From: Candidatus Bathyanammoxibius amoris
GTDB lineage: Bacteria > Planctomycetota > Brocadiia > Brocadiales > Bathyanammoxibiaceae
Direction of reading: 5' to 3'
Length of the DNA stretch: 32,000 nt
Assembly: GCA_024451685.1 (NCBI GenBank)
Contig: JAMXCW010000002.1
Location: 75,042-107,041, forward strand
The notes under the pieces were generated by a model. That model made no database searches, was not told where the DNA came from, and saw only the letters and a list, made by a program, of their open reading frames with translations. The position numbers and the translations under genes were made by a program. This document shows positions 8,128 to 15,457 of the stretch, in pieces. The first letter of the stretch is position 1. Each line of letters opens with the position of its first letter.

Positions 8128-9573
8128 ATGAAGAAGATAATGCTGGTAAACCCTCATCCTCCAGGCCGTCACGGTGAGGAGAGCATAAGCGTGATAGTCC
8201 AGATGCCCCTGAATCTGGCCTACATCGCCGCCCTCACGCCGGGCGACGATTGGGAGTTCGATGTAGTTGACGAAAACCTCGAGCTTGCAATGGATGAGAA
8301 TGGAGAGGACATAACCTTTGACCCGCCGGATATAGTCGCGCTTACCGCGCTCACCTATCAGGCTCCCAGGGCATACCAGATAGCCCGGGCCGCCAAGAAA
8401 CACGGCTGTACCACAATAATGGGCGGCATCCACGCCTCCGTGTGTGCGGAAGAGACCCTGCAGTACGTGGACACGGTCGTAACCGGAGAGGCGGAGAACG
8501 TCTGGCCGCAGGTGATAAAGGACTTTGAGAACGGAAAGTTGCAGAGACGCTACGACGGCGGACTCCCCAACCTCTCAGTACTCAAAAATATATATCCCGA
8601 TAGAGAACTTCTGAAGAAAAAGTACGGCTACAAGTTCTCTTCTATAATAACTACTAAAGGCTGTCCCAACCGCTGCGATTTCTGCAGCGTGCCCACCTTC
8701 CAGGGCCAGAAGTTCCGGGAGAGACCGTACGAAGACGTGCTCGACGAGATGGCGGCTACGGACTATAAGGGGCTGATGTTTGCTGAGGACAACTTCTACG
8801 GCCACAGCGACGCCTCCGCGCGGCGCGCCAAACACCTCTTCCAGGGCATGATTGACAGGGGCCTGAAGAAGGACTGGCTCGGCTTTACCGCCCTCAACAT
8901 CTCTCATGACGCCGAGGCCCTCGACCTGATGGCAAAGTCCGGCAACTTCGGTTTTCTCGTCGGCATAGAAAGCACCAACGAAGAGGTGTTGAAGAAAATG
9001 GGTAAGCGGGTGAATTTGAGACTTGGGACCACTAATTATAAAGAATGTATAAGGAAGATACATGATGCGGGTCTCCTCGTCTGGGCCTCGGTGGTATTCG
9101 GCGCCGACGGCGATGGCAAGGATTCGTTCAAGAAGATGGTGGATTTCGTACACGACAGCAAGGTGGACATACTGACCTACGGCCTTGACTGCCCGTTCCC
9201 CAAGACGCCGCTCTTCTACAGGCTCGATTCAGAGAAACGGCTCTTCCGGAGAAATCTGCCGGAGGACTGGGTATATTACGAGACCGCCCATATGGTCCAC
9301 AGGTTCGTTGACATGACCCTGGACGATTTCGTGGACGGCATGCAGTACGTCTACGACCACGTATACGCGGGTGACAACGTCCGCAAGAGGTTCAGGACAA
9401 CCATACAGGAGACCGGCAACCCCCGCAACTCCATGTTCGCCCTCAGGGTGGGTCAGGACTGGGACCAAGTCTTTTTGCAGGTTTTGGACAACCTGCACGA
9501 ACTCCAGGAATCCGGCGATTATTATAAAGACACCTACACCACGCAGGAAAAGACCATCTCCATCCCCGCGTAG
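8128..9573 (+). CDS. B12-binding-domain radical SAM enzyme (paralog 1)
   Basis: Radical SAM cluster motif TTKGCPNRCDFCSVP (CxxxCxxC). N-terminal Rossmann-like B12-binding-type domain (IMLVNPHP...DIVALTALTYQAPRAYQIARAAKKHGCTTIMGGIHAS). ATG 8128 with GGGAGA 9 nt upstream, 5 nt after the desaturase stop. Confidence 0.85.
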   Translation: MKKIMLVNPHPPGRHGEESISVIVQMPLNLAYIAALTPGDDWEFDVVDENLELAMDENGEDITFDPPDIVALTALTYQAPRAYQIARAAKKHGCTTIMGGIHASVCAEETLQYVDTVVTGEAENVWPQVIKDFENGKLQRRYDGGLPNLSVLKNIYPDRELLKKKYGYKFSSIITTKGCPNRCDFCSVPTFQGQKFRERPYEDVLDEMAATDYKGLMFAEDNFYGHSDASARRAKHLFQGMIDRGLKKDWLGFTALNISHDAEALDLMAKSGNFGFLVGIESTNEEVLKKMGKRVNLRLGTTNYKECIRKIHDAGLLVWASVVFGADGDGKDSFKKMVDFVHDSKVDILTYGLDCPFPKTPLFYRLDSEKRLFRRNLPEDWVYYETAHMVHRFVDMTLDDFVDGMQYVYDHVYAGDNVRKRFRTTIQETGNPRNSMFALRVGQDWDQVFLQVLDNLHELQESGDYYKDTYTTQEKTISIPA

Positions 9574-9607
9574 TATCGCTGCATATTATCAGACCAACAA
9601 ATAATGT

Positions 9608-9639
9608 AGGGGCACGGCAATGCCGCGCCCCTTTGTTTT
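9608..9639 (+). terminator. rho-independent terminator of locus A
   Basis: AGGGGCACGGC-AAT-GCCGCGCCCCT forms a stem of 6+4 bp with one internal mismatch. It is followed by TTTGTTTT and lies 35 nt after the radical SAM stop. Confidence 0.7.
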
Positions 9640-9663
9640 ATCTATTCCTCAACAATTATGCGT

Positions 9664-10051
9664 ACGAGATTCTTCGCTGCCCCTTCGCTACGCTCAGGGC
9701 TTCGGCTCAGAATGACAACTCGTGGCGTGGTAGACAACGAGGTTTACCTCGTTGATCAACGACCATATCGAAGACTCGCCATGTTGTTGGGCGAGAAGGC
9801 CGTTGTTTACCAACTACGTTACATTACGCCTGAAAAATCTTTTTATGTAGCGTGGTAGCTCGCTGCCACGTTCTACGTTGGAGCAAGCTCCAACGCTACA
9901 TCGATTGTATATGGCCCCATAAATGGGGCAACTACAGTTGAAAGCCGCAGGGCTAAAGCCCTGCGGCACCCATAGATTAGGTAGGGGGCGGGGTGACCCC
10001 GACCCTACAGTGAATTATAACGTGGAGGGCAGCCATAAGGCCTGCCCCTAC
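9664..10051. repeat. array of short GC-rich hairpins, many flanked by GTAG/CTAC (REP/BIME-like)
   Basis: Stem-loops read directly: 9735-9754 (CAACGAGG/CCTCGTTG), 9851-9870 (CGTGG/CCACG), 9876-9895 (CGTTGGAGC/GCTCCAACG), 9914-9929 (GCCCCAT/ATGGGGC), 9944-9967 (GCCGCAGGGC/GCCCTGCGGC), 9981-10008 (GTAGGGGGCGGGG..CCCCGACCCTAC) and 10027-10048 (GGGCAG/CTGCCC). Confidence 0.6.
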
Positions 10052-10054
10052 AAA

Positions 10055-10768
10055 CTATTTGGGCAGGGGAGCGCCGCACCAGGCGCAGAATGTCCACGTG
10101 GCGGAGACCTCCTCCCCACACTTCGCACATGGAGGGGCATTCACCATCGCGTCGAACGGGGTGTGCCACGTGAAGACCGCCTTCTCGTACGGGCCGTCGG
10201 CATTAAGCACCAGGGTCAGCTTGGATTTCTTGTGTGTGTCAATTACAGGCTCGCCCTTTTTATCCTTGTTCGGGAATATCAGGACGTGCATGTTGGCGCC
10301 GCCGGCGTCGCCCTCCGAGGCCAGTATAGTCTTCATTGCCGCAACGGTCGCCGCAACCATGGGGGGCGGGTCGTCTACGGGCCGGATTTTAGAGCCGTCC
10401 GGCGCCAGCAGCACCGCTCTTTTCCGGACTTCGCTTTCACCCGCATACATAGAGGAGCCGTCGGGCTGCATGATGCTGCTCTGGATGACCATGGTGATGT
10501 ACGGCTTAAGGAACCCCATGTCCTGTTCTATGACGTCCCTTGGCTGACGGGTATCGGTAAGACTTGCCTCCACGTAGAAATCGAACGGCATCCACATGGC
10601 AAGCTGTGTAACGTCACCCAGTATCTCTACTTTCAGTATCTCGGTAACAAAGCTGCCGAGGTCGGCATTTGGCTTCGCGCCGGCTCCCTGCTGGGCAGCC
10701 AGGGTCTGGGGGAACGCGGCGACACAGAACAGAACCGCGGCCATAAAAAGAATCCTTGGGGTCTTCAC
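10055..10768 (-). CDS. exported hypothetical protein with C-terminal CxxC...CxxC zinc-ribbon-like tail
   Basis: 237 aa. Signal peptide MKTPRILFMAAVLFCVAAFPQTLAAQQ. GTG start with AAGGAGAG 5 nt upstream. C-terminus CAKCGEEVSATWTFCAWCG. No family recognised. Confidence 0.6.
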   Translation of the reverse strand: MKTPRILFMAAVLFCVAAFPQTLAAQQGAGAKPNADLGSFVTEILKVEILGDVTQLAMWMPFDFYVEASLTDTRQPRDVIEQDMGFLKPYITMVIQSSIMQPDGSSMYAGESEVRKRAVLLAPDGSKIRPVDDPPPMVAATVAAMKTILASEGDAGGANMHVLIFPNKDKKGEPVIDTHKKSKLTLVLNADGPYEKAVFTWHTPFDAMVNAPPCAKCGEEVSATWTFCAWCGAPLPK

Positions 10769-10829
10769 GGTGCTCTCCTTTCAAAAACGTATTACCTTCA
10801 TGTCTGCCAGCGCGGCCGGACGGTGAAGG

Positions 10830-11174
10830 TTATTCTCCCGTTGGGAATATCATCGTATCGAGGTCTTTTACCAGTTGATACATCCTGCGGGCGTCTTGCA
10901 GGGCCTGTTCCTGGTTTACAAGCGGTATTATCTCTATCTTTGTAAACAGGGGGAACAGCGGCAGCTTTGTCACAATCGCCTCTATCTCCGCGTGGTCGTC
11001 CGCGTCAAAGATGGCCGCCGCGCCGCGGCGCCCGGCCAGTTTGCCGCCTGCCAGGACTTTCCCCCTCTTCTTCATCCTCTCGTAGAACTCCCATTCCTTT
11101 ATCAAGAGTTGAAAGAAATCCCTGACCGGCATCTGGTTAATCTTTTCTATCTCTACCTTTACTAGAAATAGCAT
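10830..11174 (-). CDS. muconolactone delta-isomerase-fold (MIase family) protein
   Basis: 114 aa. MLFLVKVEIE...IFDADDHAEIEAIVTKLPLFPLFTKIEIIPL parallels CatC-type muconolactone isomerases as I remember them (MLFxVxM...N..YSIFDV.S.EELH.LL..LPLFPYM.IEV.PL). GAGGTG RBS 7 nt upstream. Confidence 0.6.
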   Translation of the reverse strand: MLFLVKVEIEKINQMPVRDFFQLLIKEWEFYERMKKRGKVLAGGKLAGRRGAAAIFDADDHAEIEAIVTKLPLFPLFTKIEIIPLVNQEQALQDARRMYQLVKDLDTMIFPTGE

Positions 11175-11300
11175 GGGAGTTCACCTCGCATTTAATGGAC
11201 GTTGTAGAGACAGAACCCGCCGCCCGCCACAAATATGGCGTATTTAGAACCTGCGTCGAGGACTGTCCCTTCGCATTATCCGGCATCGGCCCCGACAGTG

Positions 11301-12044
11301 TTACATGGCCATGCCGCCGTCTACGGTAATTACTTGACCCGTGATATAACTGGCCTCGTCCGAGGCCAGGAAAGCCACCACGCGGGCCACCTCTTCGGTC
11401 TCGCCGACGCGGCCCAGAGGCACCAGCTTCAACATCTCGTCCAGGTATTTCTGCTCTATCGCTTTAACCATATCCGTCTTAATGAAACCCGGCGCCACCG
11501 CGTTTACCCGCACCCCGCGCCTTGCCACCTCCTTGGCCAGGGCCTTGGTAAAACCAACTATCCCGGCCTTTGAGGAGGAATAGTTGGTCTGTCCCGCCAT
11601 GCCGACAAGCCCGCTGACGGAGCTTATGTTTATTATCGAGCCGCTCCGCTGCTTCATCATGGGCAACACGGCGGCCTTGGTGCAGTTGAACACGCCGTTC
11701 AGGTTGGTATCTATCACGGCCCTCCAGTCCTCTTCCGACATCATCATCAATATCTTGTCCCTGGTTATACCGGCGTTGTTTACCAGGATGTCTACCTTTC
11801 CGAGTTCCTTTATGGCATTGCTAATCATCTCTTTTGACCGGGCAAAGTCCGCGACGTCGCTCTGCACGGAAAACGCCTTTACGCCCAGCTTGCTTATCTC
11901 GCCCTCAAGCTCCTTCGCCTTCTCCACGTTCTTCGCGTAGCTGAAGGCCACGTCCGCGCCGTTTCCGGCAAGCTCAAGGGCTATCGCCCTCCCGATACCC
12001 CTGGTACCACCCGTGACAATAGCCGTCTTCCCTTTTAATGACAT
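11301..12044 (-). CDS. fabG: 3-oxoacyl-ACP reductase
   Basis: 247 aa classical SDR. TGGTRGIGRAIA, NNAGI, the Ser...YSSSK catalytic motif and the C-terminal ITGQVITVDGGMAM typical of FabG. Confidence 0.9.
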   Translation of the reverse strand: MSLKGKTAIVTGGTRGIGRAIALELAGNGADVAFSYAKNVEKAKELEGEISKLGVKAFSVQSDVADFARSKEMISNAIKELGKVDILVNNAGITRDKILMMMSEEDWRAVIDTNLNGVFNCTKAAVLPMMKQRSGSIINISSVSGLVGMAGQTNYSSSKAGIVGFTKALAKEVARRGVRVNAVAPGFIKTDMVKAIEQKYLDEMLKLVPLGRVGETEEVARVVAFLASDEASYITGQVITVDGGMAM

Positions 12045-12080
12045 GTTACCTTCTCCACGTTTTATAATGAAACAAGCGAC

Positions 12081-12121
12081 AATCCGCTTCCCGCGGATTC
12101 ATTGGGGCAAAAATTTTGCCC
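12081..12121 (-). other. two adjacent stem-loops in the FadH-like/fabG spacer
   Basis: AATCCGC-TTCCC-GCGGATT (12081-12099) and GGGCAAAA-A-TTTTGCCC (12105-12121). On the minus strand the second is followed by a moderately T-rich stretch. Function unknown. Confidence 0.35.
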
Positions 12122-12128
12122 TGGCAAA

Positions 12129-14135
12129 TTATACAGTAAGTCCTATCTTAAAGCCTTCATGGATCGCCTCCATCGCGGTCCTTACCTGCACGCAGTCGCC
12201 GATAGTATATATCTCAGGCACGAGACCGTTAAGGTGTTTATGGAGCGAGTCGTCGGATATGTACCCGGTAGCAATTATCACCGTTTCCGCGGGTATAAAA
12301 GTCTCCCGGCCGTCCTTTTCATACAACACGCCGCTCTCTGGCTCCTCTTTGACTTCCTTTACCTTTACGGTCGTGACGGCCTTTATGCCTGCGCCCTCCA
12401 TCTCCCTTTCCATCACCCAGCGTGTGGATATCCCGAAACCGCCGGCGACTCTCCTCTTCATCTCGAGAATGGTGACGTTCCTGTGGCCCCTTGAGGATTT
12501 TTCCAATGCGGTCGGCAGGTCTATTATATCATTCTTTAGCAAGAACATCGCCACATCCGGTTTCATACTGCCCAGCTTGGCCACGTAGAGGGCCGTCTCA
12601 CTGCCTACCGTCCCGCCGCCTATTATAACAACCTCACGGCCAACCGGCACCCTCCCGTCCAGTACGTCCTTCGCCAGCACGATGTTATTCCCGTTTATCC
12701 CCGGAATCGGCGGGATGGACGGCGTTGAACCAGTTGACAGTATCAGCACGTTCGGTTTTTCCTTCTTGATTATATCCGGGTTTGCCTCAACGCCCAGGAC
12801 GACCTTCACCTTTTCCTTCTTTATCTGTCTTTCCAGATATTTTATAACGTTTACAAACTCCTCGCGGCCAGGGGGCTTGTAGGCATAGTGCAACTGACCC
12901 CCAAGGATTTTTTCTTTCTCATACAGTGTTACGTCATGGCCTCTCAGCGCGGCCACCCGGGCCGCCTCCATTCCTCCGGGACCGCCCCCTACAACAAGGA
13001 TCTTCCTCTTCTTTGCCGCCGGTGTTATGGTATATTCTTTTTCCCTCCCTGCCCTGGGATTGTACAGGCAGGTGACGGCCCTCATGTTCAAGAGTTCATC
13101 AAAGCAGCCCTGGTTGCATGCTATACACGTCCTTATGTCCTCAAGCCTGCCTTCCTTATATTTATTGGGCAGCTCTGGGTCCGCTATGAGCGGTCTGCCG
13201 ATGGATACCAGGTCTGTCTGCCCGTCCCTGAGCAGCTCTTCCGCAACGGTAAGGTCATTTATCCTGACAGCCGCTATTACGGGTATGTCCACGTTTTCTT
13301 TGATGGAGGTTGCCAGAACCACGTAAGCGGTTCTGGGGATTACCATCAGCATTACGGGTACCTTGCTTTCGTGCCACCCCGGCGACACGTGGAAGGCGTC
13401 CACGCCGAGTCCGGCAAGTCTCTGGGCGATTTGTATATTGTCCTTAATCTTCAGACCGCCCTCCATCAGCTCATCCCCGGAGAGTCTAAAGATTACGGGA
13501 AAATCCTCCCCAGCGGTCTCTTTGACGGCCTCTATGGTTTCAACGGCAAAGCGCAGCCTTTTCTCCGGGCTGCCGCCGTACTCGTCGTTTCTTTTATTGC
13601 TTATTGGTGAGAGGAACTGGTTGATGAGGTATCCCATGCCGCCGTGAATCTCTACGGCATCGAAGCCCGCGTCTTTGGCCCTTTTTGCGGCCAGGGCGTA
13701 GTTTTGTATTACCTGTTTTATCTCCGGGATGCTTAAGGCCCTGGACGTGTCTCTGGCCAGTCGTGAGGGCACGCTCGATGCCGATACGGGCTGCATCTTT
13801 GAGAACAGGCTTGAGGCATAACGCCCGCCATGGAGTATCTGGGCAGCGGCCTTTGTGCCGTGACGGTGCATAGCCCCGGTGAATCTGGCGAGTGAGGGGA
13901 TGTAGCGGTCGTCGTCCAGCCCGAGGATGCTCTTCCACGCCTTGCCGTTCTGTTCCGGATAGCACCCGCCGACAACGATGAGCCCCACACCTCCGTCGGC
14001 CCTCTCCGTATAGAAATCAACAAAACGGTCATTGACAAAGCCGCCGGTAGTGAAGCCAAGGTCCATTGCCGTCATCACGAGACGGTTTTCCAGCTGCAAC
14101 GGGCCTATATTTATTGTGTTAAACAGGCTGACCAT
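12129..14135 (-). CDS. FadH-type 2,4-dienoyl-thioester reductase-like flavoprotein (OYE FMN barrel + 4Fe-4S + FAD/NAD(P)H domains)
   Basis: 668 aa. N-terminal OYE-like barrel (GFDAVEIHGGMGYLINQFLSP). Cys motif CIACNQGCFDELLNMRAVTC (Cx2Cx3Cx11C, as in E. coli FadH). C-terminal Rossmann folds ILVVGGGPGGMEAA and VVIIGGGTVGSETA. Confidence 0.85.
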   Translation of the reverse strand: MVSLFNTINIGPLQLENRLVMTAMDLGFTTGGFVNDRFVDFYTERADGGVGLIVVGGCYPEQNGKAWKSILGLDDDRYIPSLARFTGAMHRHGTKAAAQILHGGRYASSLFSKMQPVSASSVPSRLARDTSRALSIPEIKQVIQNYALAAKRAKDAGFDAVEIHGGMGYLINQFLSPISNKRNDEYGGSPEKRLRFAVETIEAVKETAGEDFPVIFRLSGDELMEGGLKIKDNIQIAQRLAGLGVDAFHVSPGWHESKVPVMLMVIPRTAYVVLATSIKENVDIPVIAAVRINDLTVAEELLRDGQTDLVSIGRPLIADPELPNKYKEGRLEDIRTCIACNQGCFDELLNMRAVTCLYNPRAGREKEYTITPAAKKRKILVVGGGPGGMEAARVAALRGHDVTLYEKEKILGGQLHYAYKPPGREEFVNVIKYLERQIKKEKVKVVLGVEANPDIIKKEKPNVLILSTGSTPSIPPIPGINGNNIVLAKDVLDGRVPVGREVVIIGGGTVGSETALYVAKLGSMKPDVAMFLLKNDIIDLPTALEKSSRGHRNVTILEMKRRVAGGFGISTRWVMEREMEGAGIKAVTTVKVKEVKEEPESGVLYEKDGRETFIPAETVIIATGYISDDSLHKHLNGLVPEIYTIGDCVQVRTAMEAIHEGFKIGLTV

Positions 14136-14152
14136 GTCTCAAGTGTGGAGCA

Positions 14153-14185
14153 CAAAAAATAAAGAAGCAGGGCAAAAGGCCCTGC
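14153..14185 (-). terminator. rho-independent terminator inside locus B (between the KS-like partner and the FadH-like gene)
   Basis: On the minus strand, GCAGGGC-CTTTT-GCCCTGC (perfect 7-bp stem) is followed by TTCTTTATTTTTTG. It starts 30 nt after the stop at 14216 and ends 17 nt before the ATG at 14135. Confidence 0.55.
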
Positions 14186-14215
14186 CGCGCGATATTATAA
14201 CCATTGAAAATGAAA

Positions 14216-15457
14216 TTACATATCACTTTTTTCCACTACGAGGCTGGTGCAGTTTCCATTCAGGTCGAGAGAGTTGACTATTGCCACCTTTATGTCCTGT
14301 TTAAGCTCGTCCCCCAGTACGAAATTCAGCTCGCACTCAGGGTCCGGCACCTTGTAGTTCCTCATCGGAGGGATGGTCGATTTTTCCATGGCCAGCAGGC
14401 AAAAGGCCATTTGCATCGCCCCTGATGCGCCGTAACACTCACCGGTCTGAGACTTTATAGAACTTACCGGTACGTCTCTCAAGCCGTCTCCCAGCAGCGC
14501 TTTAACGGCCCTGGCCTCTATGAGGTCCGTCTGCTTTGAAGAATTACCGTTTGCGCAGATAAGCCCCAAGGAATCCTTTGATTGTCCGGCCTGTTCAAGA
14601 GCCTGCTCCATGGTATTTTTCACTCTCTCTGTCTTTTCTTCCAGGCTGAACCTCCTGGCTCCCATGTAAGCTAGTCCGTGACCGGTGAGCTCCGCATATA
14701 CGCGGGCTCCCCGCCTGCGTGCATATTCCATGTCCTCTATGACAAACACGTAACTGCCCTCACCGAGGATGAAGCCGTTCCTGCGCTTATCAAACGGGGC
14801 GCTTATCTCTGGTTCAGAGTCCTGCGAACCAGCCAGAAGTTTTTGCATAAGAAAGATGATGTAACTGTCGAGCGAGATTTGTTCCACCCCGCCGGCAATG
14901 AGCACATCCACCCTGTTTGTCTGTATCAAGCTAAAGGCGTCGCCGATAGCGTCGGCGCTGGACGTGAATCCTGAGGTAATTGTCCTTGAAGGACCGGTGA
15001 GTTTAAAAAATACTGAAGCAAAGTTTGTAGAGGAATTCAGTGCCACGTCATAGCTGTCCATGGGAAGGAGCTTTTCAGGCCCGCGTTTAAGGATCTCATA
15101 CGTATAATCCGTTGTCTGTGGGTAATTGCCGAGGGCTGAACCTATTACAACGCCCGTGTCATCAGGACAGTGATTGCCGTTCTGGAAGAGTTTAGCGTCT
15201 TCGAGGGCAAGTTTCGTTGCAGACGCAAGAAATTTGGTACCCTTTGTCAGATATTTAAGGCCCTTGTCACCGAGATATTCAGAGGGATTCAGGCCCTTTA
15301 CTTCCGCAGCCAGTTTACAAGGATACCCGGAGACGTCAAGGGACGTGATCGGGGCGATACCGGAATGGCCTCCGGCAAGATTCTTCCAGAATTCCTCATG
15401 CCCAAACCCCAGCGGAGAGATTATACCGATGCCAGTTATTACGGTCCTTTTCTTCAT
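14216..15457 (-). CDS. KS-like protein lacking the whole catalytic triad (second chain-length-factor-like partner)
   Basis: 413 aa KS fold. Cys->Phe (RTITSGFTSSADAIG), His->Asn (ICANGNSSKQTD), His->Glu (SSIKSQTGECYGASGA). Its ATG overlaps the upstream KS stop (ATGA at 15454-15457). Confidence 0.85.
   Translation of the reverse strand: MKKRTVITGIGIISPLGFGHEEFWKNLAGGHSGIAPITSLDVSGYPCKLAAEVKGLNPSEYLGDKGLKYLTKGTKFLASATKLALEDAKLFQNGNHCPDDTGVVIGSALGNYPQTTDYTYEILKRGPEKLLPMDSYDVALNSSTNFASVFFKLTGPSRTITSGFTSSADAIGDAFSLIQTNRVDVLIAGGVEQISLDSYIIFLMQKLLAGSQDSEPEISAPFDKRRNGFILGEGSYVFVIEDMEYARRRGARVYAELTGHGLAYMGARRFSLEEKTERVKNTMEQALEQAGQSKDSLGLICANGNSSKQTDLIEARAVKALLGDGLRDVPVSSIKSQTGECYGASGAMQMAFCLLAMEKSTIPPMRNYKVPDPECELNFVLGDELKQDIKVAIVNSLDLNGNCTSLVVEKSDM

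Noticed and set aside
9658-9858. 66-aa ORF inside the repeat array
   Set aside because: It is made entirely of repeat modules (the TCATTCTGAG...GCGAAGAATC unit in reverse, plus hairpins). It has no RBS and lies in a convergent intergenic position.
9574-10054. Possible CRISPR array, given the many short palindromes
   Set aside because: The hairpins all differ from each other. There is no constant repeat separated by regular-length spacers, and no cas genes lie in the window.
9923-10945. 340-aa plus-strand ORF, the longest unassigned ORF in the track
   Set aside because: It begins inside the hairpin array and runs antisense to the well-supported exported-protein gene (signal peptide, strong RBS) and into the MIase-fold gene. 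It is Arg/Gly/His-rich and low in complexity, with no motifs. This is a typical shadow ORF of a GC-rich third-position frame.
12013-13610. Plus-strand ORFs of 191, 130, 240 and 99 aa antisense to the FadH-like gene
   Set aside because: They lie opposite a gene with multiple strong cofactor motifs. Their products are Ser/Pro/Phe-rich without motifs, so they are shadow ORFs.
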